Positions 19,380 to 31,049 of a DNA stretch of 64,000 bases are shown here, in pieces. How positions within the stretch are numbered: the stretch's first letter is position 1; each line of letters opens with the position of its first letter. The notes under the pieces were generated by a model, which saw only the letters and a list, made by a program, of their open reading frames with translations, was not told the DNA's origin and ran no database searches. This DNA comes from Naegleria gruberi (taxonomy: Eukaryota), in the NCBI GenBank assembly GCA_000004985.1, contig GG738891.1; one strand, given 5' to 3'. A program made the position numbers and the translations under genes.

Positions 19380-20463
19380 ATGGGCAACGTGAACAAGCAA
19401 TTGGATCGTCATCAATTGTTTGATATTCAAAAGAGAACAACCTGTAGGTAGAAGAATTATTGTTACTTTAAATGTATCTAATTTATTGTTGCTCCTATCA
19501 TGATCTTTTGGATTTTTAAATTCCGATACTTGTTCATGAATTATAATAATATTAATTTTAATAATGGGAATTTAATCATGATAATTTAATTTGGATAATA
19601 TGATAATAGTATCGGCAAAGGAAATTAAGGAATGGTACTCGTTGTTTATGAAACAATTTCAAGATACCAAAGTTTCAAAGGATAAATACTTGCCAAGCCT
19701 AAAGATTCATAGTTTACCATCGAGTTATGAAAATACGACAACAATAATCACAACAACATCTCCATCTTTGAATAATAGTAATACTAATGGAAATAATTCA
19801 TCTTTAAATAATCAACAATTGGATTCTAATGAAATTAGTGATAAACAAGTAGAAATTGAAATTGTTGATAAGAAGGAAATGACAACGTCGACAGCACCAA
19901 ATCATGAAAAACAAGAACCAAAGAAATTGACAGATCTTACCTATCCAGAATTAATTTATGATACAACCCACTTGTCATTTCTCAAATATTTCTATTCGGA
20001 AGATTATCCAGGATCAAATTATAGGAAGAGTCAGTTACAGTTCGTACATTTCATACCATCGTATGAAATTTATTTGAAAGGTAATAGAGTATCACAAGCA
20101 GATTGGACCTATACAGCCATAACAAGCCAGAAGAGGATGGAAGATACAGAACCAGAAAAGAAGAAGAAGCATACACCATTTTCCATCTCCTTTCATGACT
20201 TGTCTGTATTCTTTGAAGTTATCTATGGATATCTTCAACTGAGGCCTTTCGAAATTGGAAAGCTGCCCAAACACCTGCACAGTCCAGAAGCATGTACAAG
20301 ATATGTTTTTCAAAATGTATTGAATTTTGTTGGAATTGATACTGATAATTTGGAAAACAAAGCAATCTCCAAACAACAATTTATGGATTATTGTTTTCAT
20401 AAATTGAGTCAAGAAAGTACTCAAGTATTGGAACAGTCGTCTCAAACCAACCTTGTCAATTAA
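19380..20463 (+). CDS. hypothetical protein with N-myristoylation-type, NCS-like N-terminus (2 exons)
   Basis: Exon 1 is 19380..19443 (MGNVNKQLDRHQLFDIQKRTT, phase 1). The intron is 19444..19609 (GTAGGT..ATAG). Exon 2 is 19610..20463 and continues LSAKEIKEWYSLFMKQF. The rest of the protein has no domain I recognise. Confidence 0.5.
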
Positions 20464-20656
20464 TTGTAAATTTTGTAAATATTTCAAAAACTCCCAAATT
20501 AAATTACATTTCAAATCAAATATTAATGAGCTTGGCAAGTTTATCTTTCCAAGAATTACTGAATCAGTGAATTGTAAATTATTCAAAGAATATTGCAACT
20601 AGTTCTTGCATGTCAACGTCAGAAATTCATCAGTGATTATTTCAATTTTAAAAAAA

Positions 20657-22236
20657 ATGGTGAATGGAATCTTTAATAGTGGCAGAGCATCTGTCGATTT
20701 TAATTACCGTCCTGGTATGCATCGGTTTGCAGATCCTTCAATGACCAGTGACAGAATAATGCTAGGAAGAAGTCCAGGAGCTGGTTTCGGAGGCATGTAT
20801 TTAATGTCAGGTACATCAGAAATTTCTGCTTTAACAACACCTTCACAATCCACAAAAACATCTTTTGATTCGATTGGAAAAATTTGGATTAATTTAATTG
20901 AAGCAAGAAAACTTTTGGCAGCTGACGTGAATGGAACCTCAGATCCTGTAAGTTTTTGTGTATTTCATATTTAATTTTACAAATTTGATATAGTATGCTG
21001 TTATATTGTGTAGGTGTTATGAATTTTAAATTGAGTTTAATAATAATGAAAGTTGGTGATATTCAAAAAAAGTCACGTGTCATGTACCATAATTTAGATC
21101 CAATTTGGAAGGAAGAATTTTATTTTGATATTTGTGAAACGAATGAAAGTTTAAAGATTTATATTATGGATAGTGATACAATTGGTTCAGATGATTTTTT
21201 AGGATTGGTTGAAGTGCCAATCAAGTCAATTGTTGAATCAAAAAATGATTTAATAGACAAGTGGTATAAATTGAAATCTACTTCAGTAAGTTTACAATTT
21301 TTCAAATCAAATGAAAATTAACTTTCTCAGTTGACTACTCGAGTAACAGGTGAACTTCATTTGCAACTCAAATTTTTACCAAACAATGCACGTCAAGCCA
21401 TAATGTCACCAATCACGCCAATTCCAACTTATTCGGATACTGATTTATCCAGTGAACGATCCACCGATTATATGGAACAAGTAGATGATCTGGGAGCCAA
21501 TTTTTCAATGAATACTGAAAAAATGTTGAGTGACATTCATTCAGCTCGTTATTTACATTCATTTATGAAGGAGCAATTTTGTGAGGAATGTTTGGAATTC
21601 ATTTATGCAGTGGAACAATTTAGGAAAATTTATAAAAATCGACAAGTGGATCCAAAAGAATTGAAGAAGGTTGCATTTGTAGTTTATGAGAGATTTTTAC
21701 AATTTGGAAGTCCACAGGAGGTTGCAATTCCGTTCATGATTAGAGTAGAGCTACAGGACTTTTTTGAGAACAAATTGGAAGATGAGACGTCTAATATATT
21801 GTCGGTTTTAACAATTGACGTGTTCGATGAGGCTCACTCGATCATTCTTCACATGATTAAGAGTGACATTATTCCAAGATTCATGTACTCTCATCAGTAT
21901 AAGAATTGGAGTTACTCTCTCGATTGGTCTCTCCAATTCCGAATGATGGAAGAAAAGAGGAGAAAGCAAAGTTTGACCTATCTCATTGAAATGATGGATG
22001 AGAAGAGTTTGCAATTTTTAAAGAAGAGAATTATTGAGAGACAAAAGAAAAAGAATTCCTCCAATAGTACTTCTTGTAATTCTGCATTTGATGATTGTGA
22101 TTCGGATGAGGAAGGAATTTTGGAAGAATTGAATTTGAGTGATTTCAAATCAACTAAATTTTCCTCAACCCAACAAGCTCAACAGGGCCAACAACAACCA
22201 ACAATTGATATGGGAGAGTTTGTTTTAACCTTGTAA
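20657..22236 (+). CDS. C2 domain + RGS domain protein (4 exons including a 16-nt micro-exon)
   Basis: Exons are 20657..20947, 20994..21009, 21053..21285 and 21331..22236. Introns are 46, 43 and 45 nt (GTAAGT..TAG, GTAGGT..AAG, GTAAGT..CAG). The joined C2 sequence is IWINLIEARKLLAADVNGTSDP-YAVIL-FGDIQKKSRVMYHNLDPIWKEEFYF. The RGS domain is YLHSFMKEQFCEECLEFIYAVEQFRKIY...IIPRFMYSHQYKNW. Confidence 0.7.
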
Positions 22237-22382
22237 ATAATAAATAAGCTCACAGAATTTGATTTATTTCCCTTTTTTCACTTTTTTCATTAATAATCAG
22301 GATGTTGGTTGCGTGCTGGTATCGTTTGGGTTAACGGAATGGTCAAATGTCTGGTCAAGGTAAAGAGCATTTATACTCAGGT

Positions 22383-23482
22383 TTAACAGTATCTAATGTC
22401 ATCCTCATCTTTTTCATAGACAAGTACTTCATAAATCAACGTTTTCAACTTGGGAGCTAGTGCTAATTTAATTTTCTCAATGTGATCTTCTTTAAAAATT
22501 GTTCCATCCAAGTCCAATGTTGTCAAGCTCTTCATGAGACATATAACTTGTAAATCCAATTCTGGATCACTGCCAATCTGTGAACATCCCCTCAATGACA
22601 AACAGCTTAATTGACTCAATTTGGCGAGTTGTACTAAAGAATCATGAGTTATTGATCCATTACATCCCAGGTTTAGTGAGGTCAATTTTGGCAGCTTTTC
22701 ACAAATTACTTTAACTTCCGAATCTCCAATCCAGGTACTTCCAAGGTCAAGGCTTGTGAGATTTCTCAATTTTGAGCAGACAAATGAAAGCAAATCCTTG
22801 TTCATATTTGATAGTCCAATATCAAGAGATTGTAAATCTGTTAAAGCGCAAATATTTCTTATATCACCATGGTTGATTTCAGTACGACACAATCCAAGAG
22901 ATTTCAGTTGTTTCATTGAGCTGATTATTGTTGTGCCAACATTTCCAACTTTGGTATGTCTCATGTTTAATTCAGTTAAATTTTCCAAGTTTTGTATGTA
23001 TTTCAAGTTCCTTGGATTTATACTACAAACTTCCAATGTTAAGGAGTGTAAAAGTTTCATATTTTGGCAGAAACTCATTCCCTTTTCATCTATTGAAGCT
23101 CCATACAGAGACAAACTTGTTAATTTATCCTTCAAACAATCACTCAATATCTTAAAATAACTACTATCAACAGTAACAAGCCAATTACTTCCAATTCCAT
23201 CATAATGATAGGCAAATGATGTGATATTTGCATGTTGCTGCAATCAAGAGAAAGAATTTCTTGAAATGGTTCAAAATAGAACGATTTCACCTTCAAATGA
23301 ATAGGAAATTGTCTAATTGCCACCAAATACCACTGTTTTGATACGAGAGAATACCTCTCCATCACTTCTTTTCTATCCAAAAATTTTAATATTTCATAAC
23401 AAATATCATCGGGTATGATCGGTGCCTCACTACTTTCAAACTTCTTTACAGGAGGAGAGGCAGATAACCCTTGCTTGTCCAT
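22383..23482 (-). CDS. F-box / leucine-rich-repeat protein (2 exons)
   Basis: Exon 1 is 23291..23482 (F-box-like IIPDDICYEILKFLDRKEVMERYSLVSKQWYLVA). The intron is 23238..23290 (53 nt, GTGAAA..CAG, phase 0). Exon 2 is 22383..23237 and carries cysteine-containing LRRs (LTSLDLGSTWIGD, LTSLNLGCNGSITHDSL, LSCLSLRGCSQIG). Confidence 0.7.
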
Positions 23483-24419
23483 GTTTTGTATTGGATTTTG
23501 CTGCTTTTGGGGGTTTTGATGGTTTACTCATTTTTTTATTGAGTGAACTTGAACCTCCTTAATAGAATTTAGAGATTTAATGAGAGATAATTGTTGATTA
23601 CAATAATCCATGGTCATTTAGTAAGGCAACGCCTCTCTCTTATTAATTTACTTAATTAGTGTAGGGCAGAGTGTGATTTTAACCTGTCCCTTCAATCAAG
23701 GTACTTATCATTGTTCTGATACACGTATTCAATGAAACAAAAATATTGTGAAGATTTCTTGTTTTTGGATTCTTATTAAGTTGGTAGATTGAAGTGTATC
23801 AAGATTAGAGAATAAATTGGAATCAAACTTTTATACAATGTTCTTGAAAAGAAAAGTCGATATTCCTGTATGAATCTATCAAGTGCAGGTTTAGACTCAG
23901 AAAACACCATTTCAATTAAAATAAACAAAAATACAAACACCACATAAATGACTCATTAATCCAAATTGTAATCAATTTTTGTAAACTTTCCAAAAAGATC
24001 TTTAATTGTACAGTTTTCAAAAACAACTCCTAAAATCACCATATTTGAAATTGTAAATCCAAAAGGCGCCAAACAAATGAGTTCCATCGAGCAAATCCAC
24101 GAAAAATCATCAAATCTCAATATTTATTTTTAGAAGCAACATTTGAGTCATTATTGCTTTCTCTGAAAAGTGCGCCAAAAAAACCTTCCAATTTGAACCT
24201 CAATCTTCATCCCTTCAAATATGACACGTTCTCTTCACCACATCATAATAAGCAGCACTTGCTGAGTTTTATTAATAACCAAGGAATAAAACTACTAGTA
24301 GCTGTTGGGCAAGGGCATTTGAATAAAACGGTTAGCAAGGGAGTGGTGACTCGAACAATTTTCCATAATAAAAAAAGATAACAACTTGAATCAACATTGA
24401 TTGTAATATAATAATAGAT

Positions 24420-24692
24420 ATGGCTCAAAGATCTTCATTGCCACTTCATAGTCAAGAAGAGGAACAAGCTTCCTTAACTGCTAATGCTGCTCCTCATCAT
24501 CATCCTCATCATAGAATTAAACAACAGGATGAGTCACATTTTGTGATATTAGAGAATGGATCTTCTGTTCCATTGTCAGATGTGATGGATAAGGAGGAAA
24601 GAGAAAATCCGAGTGATTTGTTGTTGAGAATGATGAAGAAGAGAGCTGTTGCATCACTACTCGATTCACGAAGGAATACTTTGAAGCAATAA
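24420..24692 (+). CDS. small hypothetical protein (90 aa)
   Basis: This is an ATG ORF with His/acidic-rich sequence. I recognise no domain, and it could be non-coding. Confidence 0.3.
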   Translation: MAQRSSLPLHSQEEEQASLTANAAPHHHPHHRIKQQDESHFVILENGSSVPLSDVMDKEERENPSDLLLRMMKKRAVASLLDSRRNTLKQ

Positions 24693-24943
24693 TTGAGTAT
24701 TCTTTCGAATGTATTTGTATGGTATTCTTCATAGTATTGGAATACATTGGATAACAATCAACATGCATAATGTTGATTTTGTATAATATAGCACATCGAG
24801 TATAGCAACACCTCTAACTTATCTAACTAAATAAAAACGTTTTAATTATTTCAATCATTCTCTATTCGAAATGTTTCTTTTGAAATTTCAGGCTTTGATT
24901 CCTTGTTCCTCGTTTCGAATGAAAAGAAAATAAAATTCAAGTT

Positions 24944-27763
24944 CTAAAAGCTTTCAAAACTTGCCTTCTGATTTGACTTTCTAATTCTTCTTCCCAAATC
25001 CTTGTCTAATGGAACGTTACTGGCACGAATATTCTTAAGATTGGGTGATCTTGCAACAAGTGTCTTGATACTCTTTTCATTAAGACTAGTTCCTCTAATG
25101 TCAACAATTGCCAGATAGGGAAGTGTTGATTTTTTGGATTGGAATTTGAGTTGTGTCAGTTGAGTACATGAAGATACATTCATCTTGATGAGAGAATTAG
25201 ATCCTTCAGGTATTATTATTGATTTGACATTTCCACTATTCATGCTTAATACCCTCATCGATGGAAGAATATTAATTGAAGGAATTTCTCCATCAAATGT
25301 TAAACTTTCCAAATTTGATAACTCACTCAAAACCTCTTGAAATTTCGGTCCAACCTTTCCCTCATGAATTGCAATCCTTTTCAGATTTTTAAAGAGTGGA
25401 ATACTTTGTCTAAAATTCACAATGTTACAACTCCTTAATGTTAGAGAGTGGACGCTAGAGAAGGCGTTTTCCTTTGCCTCATTTTGTACGACCAATTCCT
25501 TAATTTCACAATTGGTTGCATTGATATCTTTCAATAAATTAGATTTCAGATAAACGTAGGAGGTATAGGTAATGTTCAAGCTTTCAAGAAGTGGTGCAAA
25601 TATTGAGAATTTCACATCGGTTGCCTGCTTTAGTAAAATCTCCAATCTTCTCAAATTCTTGTGGTCTATATTGAAAACGAATGAGTCATTGGAAAATCTA
25701 GATGACAAACCAAACTCCTCTAAATTATTGATATTCATCAATAAACGTGACATTCTCACCGATGAAATGTGTTTCATATTGCTTTCAATGTGAAAGTGTA
25801 GCTTCTTCAATGCCTTCATGTTTTCATATTGATTTGACAGATAGGTCCACAGAGGTGACTCAAAATCTCCATAATAGAACAGTGATTCGAATGTATGCAT
25901 CATTGGTTCTGGTGTCATACTTCTCAATCCATTACAATTGGAAAGTTTGATGTGGCGAATTTGTGGATAAATCTCACGATCTCCCAATTCAAAACTGAAT
26001 TCTCTTAGACTTTTTACATGTTTCAGGGAGAGTTTCTCGAGAACTATTCCATTATTTTCAATTAAATGAAGTCCCACACAAGCAATTGATACCTTTTCGA
26101 GTTGAGGCATGGAAGAGATTTTCAAAGTTCTCAGCTGTACAAAATTATTCACGTATGGATCTTTGAGAATATGAATCGATCGAATATTAAAGCAATCTCT
26201 AATTCTAAACTCAGTCAAAGAGTCAGAACATTTTCCAAGCAGTGCATTCAAGTGTCCATTGAACATGAAAGAATTTGCAATTCGTAAATTTTGTAATTTT
26301 TTCAATTCACTCAGCACCATGAGCTCTCCAAAATTTTGAAGTATTAACTTTTCTATATTTGGTAAATCCAACTGTACAAGACTCTCTCTACAGCAAACTG
26401 GATAGTTAATGAAACGTAGCTGTTTCAGAGAGTTGCTTTTGAGAATTACTTTCCCATCTACTTCAGTGTTAGAATCTGGTCGAATTATGGAAACATTGAG
26501 GTATTGTAAATTTGGAAGATTATTGAGAATTTTCTGAATATCTCTTGCTTCCTTTGTGCGAAATGCTTCAATAACCATCTTGGTTAAATTATTTCTTGGA
26601 ATGGTTGGTAAATTGAATGGCTGTATGCAATTCAAACCCCCAATCAAAATTTCTTCCATTTGTGGCAAAACTTCTTCTCTTTCAATTTGGAAAAATGTAT
26701 TCACAAAATCTTCTATTGTAATATTTTGACATCCAAAACTCTTCAATGATGTCCCTAGTTGATTACTGATCGCCAATAATTCATTCTTACTAAACTCATA
26801 ACATGTTATGTTTCCCCTCTTGTTAAATCCAAAATGTAAAGATTCCAAACTATTTAAACTCGATATAAACTCATTAAACCCCTGATTGGCAATAAATGAT
26901 AAATTTTGATTGGCATCATTTGTGAAAAATGAAATTTTCAATCTTTTAACATTGGTCTGAGCTAGAAATTCCTTAATAATCCTCAATTCATTCGAAACAT
27001 CCTTAAATTTAATATTCAATAATTGTAAATCACACAACTCGGTAAAAGACTCTGCCAAATATTGAATATCATTCCTTTCCAATGAAATATACATGTACTT
27101 TTCAAAATCCAAAACCAATCTCGTCACATTCACTAAAAATGGGAAATGTTCCAAATAAATTGAAAAGAAAGACCTCAAGGTTGTGAAATTACTAATAGGA
27201 AGAGAAATATTTGACAAGATTGCCATTCCCAATGTTGAACTCGTCGAAGAATCAAACACCAAAGCATTTGAAATTGTTGGAAGGAAATTCATTTCATCCA
27301 ATCCTTGCCAAAACTCCTTTCTCATCAAGTATTCACTCCTCAAATAGGAACACGTTTGAGAGAATTTCAAAATTGAATTTAAATCCAAATAACTGACAAT
27401 AATTCTCATCTGATAGAGGGGAATATATTGGAAAAAGTACTTTTCGGAATTGTTAACAAGATTGGGTCTTCTTCTTTTGGCTTCAATTTCTGTAATGTCC
27501 ACTTCTTCAACCTCGTAGTCATCATCATCTCCTACTACTACTAGTTGATGATTAATTTCATTATTTTCCTCTTGATGATTATTGGTTTTACTATTTTCTT
27601 GGAATTTTCGTTTTAGTGGATTTTCATTATTTTCATCATCATCATCGGAAATGACCACTACATCATCATCACTACTACTTTCCGAAGAGGAAGATGAATC
27701 TTCATCCTCCTCCTCATCACTAAAATCCAAGTCAATTTCGTTGCTTACTTGACTTTTAGTCAT
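24944..27763 (-). CDS. large F-box-like / leucine-rich-repeat protein with acidic N-terminus (939 aa)
   Basis: This is a single ORF from an ATG. It has an acidic Ser/Asp/Glu N-terminus and an F-box-like segment (IPLYQMRIIVSYLDLNSILKFSQTCSYLRSEYL). About 700 aa of irregular LRRs follow. Confidence 0.7.
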   Translation of the reverse strand: MTKSQVSNEIDLDFSDEEEDEDSSSSSESSSDDDVVVISDDDDENNENPLKRKFQENSKTNNHQEENNEINHQLVVVGDDDDYEVEEVDITEIEAKRRRPNLVNNSEKYFFQYIPLYQMRIIVSYLDLNSILKFSQTCSYLRSEYLMRKEFWQGLDEMNFLPTISNALVFDSSTSSTLGMAILSNISLPISNFTTLRSFFSIYLEHFPFLVNVTRLVLDFEKYMYISLERNDIQYLAESFTELCDLQLLNIKFKDVSNELRIIKEFLAQTNVKRLKISFFTNDANQNLSFIANQGFNEFISSLNSLESLHFGFNKRGNITCYEFSKNELLAISNQLGTSLKSFGCQNITIEDFVNTFFQIEREEVLPQMEEILIGGLNCIQPFNLPTIPRNNLTKMVIEAFRTKEARDIQKILNNLPNLQYLNVSIIRPDSNTEVDGKVILKSNSLKQLRFINYPVCCRESLVQLDLPNIEKLILQNFGELMVLSELKKLQNLRIANSFMFNGHLNALLGKCSDSLTEFRIRDCFNIRSIHILKDPYVNNFVQLRTLKISSMPQLEKVSIACVGLHLIENNGIVLEKLSLKHVKSLREFSFELGDREIYPQIRHIKLSNCNGLRSMTPEPMMHTFESLFYYGDFESPLWTYLSNQYENMKALKKLHFHIESNMKHISSVRMSRLLMNINNLEEFGLSSRFSNDSFVFNIDHKNLRRLEILLKQATDVKFSIFAPLLESLNITYTSYVYLKSNLLKDINATNCEIKELVVQNEAKENAFSSVHSLTLRSCNIVNFRQSIPLFKNLKRIAIHEGKVGPKFQEVLSELSNLESLTFDGEIPSINILPSMRVLSMNSGNVKSIIIPEGSNSLIKMNVSSCTQLTQLKFQSKKSTLPYLAIVDIRGTSLNEKSIKTLVARSPNLKNIRASNVPLDKDLGRRIRKSNQKASFESF

Positions 27764-27826
27764 TTCAATTTTTTTTTTGTTTCAGATTTTAAATTGAAGA
27801 TAGAAAGTAAATTTTATGAAACAAGT

Positions 27827-29593
27827 TTAAAGAACAGTGACAGTCTTGGCCAAATTTCTTGGTTTGTCTGGATCGTGACCACGGAGAAGAGCCAATTCGT
27901 AAGCAACCAATTGGAGTGGAATATTGGCCAACAAGGCACTGAAAATACCATTAGATGGAACATCAATAACATAGTCAGCTTCATGGGATGGAATCTTATC
28001 TGGAATATCAGTAATAGCTACAGTATAAGCACCTCTTGATTTGATTTCAGCAGCAGCTGTCATATTCATCTTAAAGTACTTGTCATCAAGAATGAAAACA
28101 AAAATAACAGTTCCTGGTTCAATAAGGGCGAATGGACCATGTTTCAAGGCACCAGATGAGTAACCTTCGGCGTGAGTGTAAGTAACTTCCTTAACCTTCA
28201 AAGATCCTTCATAAGCAACAGCTTCACCATAACCCTTACCCAACATGAAAAGAGTATTGCCCTTCATGTTATAAATATGTCTGGCAATATGTCTACACTT
28301 CTCTCTAACTCTGCTCAAAACCATACCTGCACTAGTTGGCAAACGATGGAGGTATTGAATAATGGCTTGACGATGTTGAAGTTGGAATTTTGGTGATCTG
28401 TTTTGAGCAAACCACAAACCAATCAATGCCAAAACAGTAACTTGGCAAGAGAATGCCTTGGTTGAGGCAACAGCAGTTTCACGACCAGCATTAATATACA
28501 CACCACACTTTGTAGTTCTAGCAATAGTTGAACCGACACGATTAACGCAGGAGAAGCTTGGAACGCTCAATTGTTCTGCAATATAAATACATCTCAAAAC
28601 ATCAGCTGTTTCACCACTTTGTGATAAAACCAAAAGGCCAGAATTTTCAGGGCAAAAATGTGATTCCTCAAGTTCAGCACCATCAATAACTTGGATAGTC
28701 TTGAAGCATCTCAAATCTCTGAAAATTTGAGCACCATAGAGACCAGCATAGTAACTAGTACCACAACCAGCAATAACCAAATGTTCAATACCAGATAACC
28801 ATTCCTTATTATCATCCAAACCACCCAATTTAACATGACTATCATCACTAATTCTACCACCAAAATTCAAAGATCTTGAAATTGATTCAGGTTGCTCCAA
28901 AATTTCACGAATAGTCCAGTGAGCATGTGGATGAGGAGTCTTTTCAATCTTTTCTTCTTCAACAACAATCTTTCTTTCATAAGGAAGAGTAACACCTTCA
29001 GAGGTAATGACAGCAATTTCATTATTTTCCAAACTGATCATTTCTCTAGTGTACAATCCGAATGCAGAACTTTCGGAAGCAACAAACATCTTACCTTGTG
29101 AAACACCGACCAAGAGAGGAGAACCATTTCTGGCTACAACCAAACGATCTGGTTCAACTGTAGACATAATAACCAAACCCCAAGTACCTTCCAAATGTTT
29201 AGTAGTCTTGAGAACGGCCTTTTCAACAACATCTTGCTTCATTCCATCCTTTAACATTTGGTCCAAATAGACACCAATCATTTGAACAATAACTTCAGTA
29301 TCTGTTTCACTCTTGAATTTAATTCCGTGCTTTTCTATCAATTCCTTTTTCAATTCACCAGAATTTTCAATGACACCATTGTGAACAAGAATCACACGAC
29401 CAGATTGATCCATGTGAGGGTGAGCATTCATATCAGTTTTAGCTCCGTGAGTAGCCCATCTAGTGTGAGCAATACCAATACTATCATTTCCGTGTGTATG
29501 TAAAGTTTCTCTCAATCTCTTAAGAGCATCACTTGTTGTTTGAGAACTGGCATATTTAGTTGTGTGGAAGCAAGGTTCTCCCTTATCGTTTTG
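27827..29593 (-). CDS. GFA1: glutamine--fructose-6-phosphate aminotransferase (isomerizing), 5'-truncated by assembly gap
   Basis: Glutaminase-domain motifs are present (GIAHTRWATHG, NAHPH, LVHNGVIEN). Two SIS domains are present (GCGTSYYAG; LSQSGETADV; GREtaVASTKAF). The C-terminus reads LAYELALLRGHDPDKPRNLAKTVTV. The N-terminus (MCGI...) is lost in the N run. Confidence 0.9.
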   Translation of the reverse strand, partial: QNDKGEPCFHTTKYASSQTTSDALKRLRETLHTHGNDSIGIAHTRWATHGAKTDMNAHPHMDQSGRVILVHNGVIENSGELKKELIEKHGIKFKSETDTEVIVQMIGVYLDQMLKDGMKQDVVEKAVLKTTKHLEGTWGLVIMSTVEPDRLVVARNGSPLLVGVSQGKMFVASESSAFGLYTREMISLENNEIAVITSEGVTLPYERKIVVEEEKIEKTPHPHAHWTIREILEQPESISRSLNFGGRISDDSHVKLGGLDDNKEWLSGIEHLVIAGCGTSYYAGLYGAQIFRDLRCFKTIQVIDGAELEESHFCPENSGLLVLSQSGETADVLRCIYIAEQLSVPSFSCVNRVGSTIARTTKCGVYINAGRETAVASTKAFSCQVTVLALIGLWFAQNRSPKFQLQHRQAIIQYLHRLPTSAGMVLSRVREKCRHIARHIYNMKGNTLFMLGKGYGEAVAYEGSLKVKEVTYTHAEGYSSGALKHGPFALIEPGTVIFVFILDDKYFKMNMTAAAEIKSRGAYTVAITDIPDKIPSHEADYVIDVPSNGIFSALLANIPLQLVAYELALLRGHDPDKPRNLAKTVTVL

Positions 29594-29663
29594 TCTTAAG
29601 NGTTGCAATACCTNNNNNNNNNNNNNNNNNNNNNNNNNNNNNNNNNNNNNNNNNNNNNNNNNN
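29581..29663. other. assembly gap (N run with a few called bases)
   Basis: An N at 29581 and a run of Ns at 29594..29663 are written in the sequence. Confidence 1.
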
Positions 29664-29664
29664 G

Positions 29665-30737
29665 AAGATGTGGAAGTCACCAAATGGTACTATTAGAAAC
29701 ATTTTGGGTGGTACTGTCTTCAGAGAACCTATTGTTATTGAAAACATTCCAAGATTAGTTCCTGGATGGACTCAACCAATTGTTATTGGTCGTCACGCTC
29801 ATGGTGATCAATACAAGGCTACTGACTTGGTTATTGGCGAACCAGGAAAGATGGAACTTGTTTTCACTCCAAAGAATGGTGGTGAAACTCAAAGATACAC
29901 TGTCTTCAACTTTGAAGGTTCTGGTGTTGCTATGGGAATGTACAATACTGATGAATCTATCAGAGATTTTGCTTACTCATGCTTCCAATTGGCTGTTGAC
30001 AAGAAATGGCCATTGTACTTGTCCACCAAGAATACCATCTTGAAGGCTTATGATGGTAGATTCAAGGATATCTTCCAAGAAATCTATGAAAAGGAATTCA
30101 AGACTAAATTCACTGAATTGGGTATCTGGTACGAACACAGACTTATTGATGACATGGTTGCTCAAACTTTGAAGAGTTCTGGTGGTTTCATCTGGGCTTG
30201 TAAGAATTATGATGGTGATGTCCAATCCGATATTGTTGCTCAAGGTTATGGTTCTTTGGGTTTGATGACTTCTGTCTTGTTGTGTCCTGATGGTAAGACT
30301 GTTGAAGCTGAAGCTGCTCACGGTACTGTTACTAGACACTACAGAGAACACCAAAAGGGTAAGGAAACCTCCACCAACCCTGTTGCCTCCATCTTTGCTT
30401 GGTCTCGTGGTTTGGCTCATCGTGCTAAGCTCGATGGTAATGCTGAATTGGCCAAGTTCTGTGATGCTTTGGAAGCTGCCACTATTGAAACTATCAGAGC
30501 TGGTAAGATGACCAAGGATTTGGCTATCTGTGTTCACGGAAACAAGTAAGTTTTTTCACACACGACAGATTTTCTAATTATTATTTTATTATTAATTATT
30601 TGATATTGTGATGATATTAATATTGAAAATTTGCATGATTATTATGGATAAACAGTGTTGATCGTTCTCAATACCTCAACACCAATGATTTCATGGCTGC
30701 TATTGATGAAACTTTGAAGAGTAAGCTCGGATTGTAA
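29665..30737 (+). CDS. IDH: NADP-dependent isocitrate dehydrogenase, 5'-truncated by assembly gap (2 visible exons)
   Basis: Visible exons are 29665..30545 and 30656..30737. The intron is 30546..30655 (110 nt, GTAAGT..CAG, phase 2). The sequence is [23 protein letters not shown]...GRHAHGDQY...[28 protein letters not shown]...[26 protein letters not shown]. The splice yields ..[30 protein letters not shown]. Confidence 0.9.
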
Positions 30738-31049
30738 GCATTTAATTCTTGATCACATTCTTTAATTCAAAAAGATTAAATTTACCAAAACAACGAGCAT
30801 CCAAACTGTAATAAAAAAGTTTAAAAATCCCTCCGAATCATGGACAATTGAGATGATCATCCTTCCCTTGTAATTTAAATTTATTTATTCTCCACCATTA
30901 TTTGTAAATTGTTAATCCTAGAATTTAGTCAATTAGTATTAAATAGTATTATTGAAATTTGTTCTTAGTTCTTTTTCAAAGGAATATCAAATTATTAATT
31001 ACAACCAATTAAAATCTAAATAATTAAAAACAGTTAAAAAAATCGAAAC

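Noticed and set aside
22290-22350. A locally GC-richer patch (GGATGTTGGTTGCGTGCTGGTATCGTTTGGGTTAACGGAATGG) sits between two convergent genes, and I considered it as a possible small ncRNA.
   Set aside because: I could not match it to any snRNA or snoRNA box pattern or to a stable fold by eye. It is most likely 3' UTR sequence.
29560-29663. The ORF-track entry 29560..30549 begins with the N-terminal portion MCGSKVLPYRFVL.
   Set aside because: This part is antisense to the GFAT coding sequence and is joined to IDH only by translation through the N gap. It is not real coding sequence.
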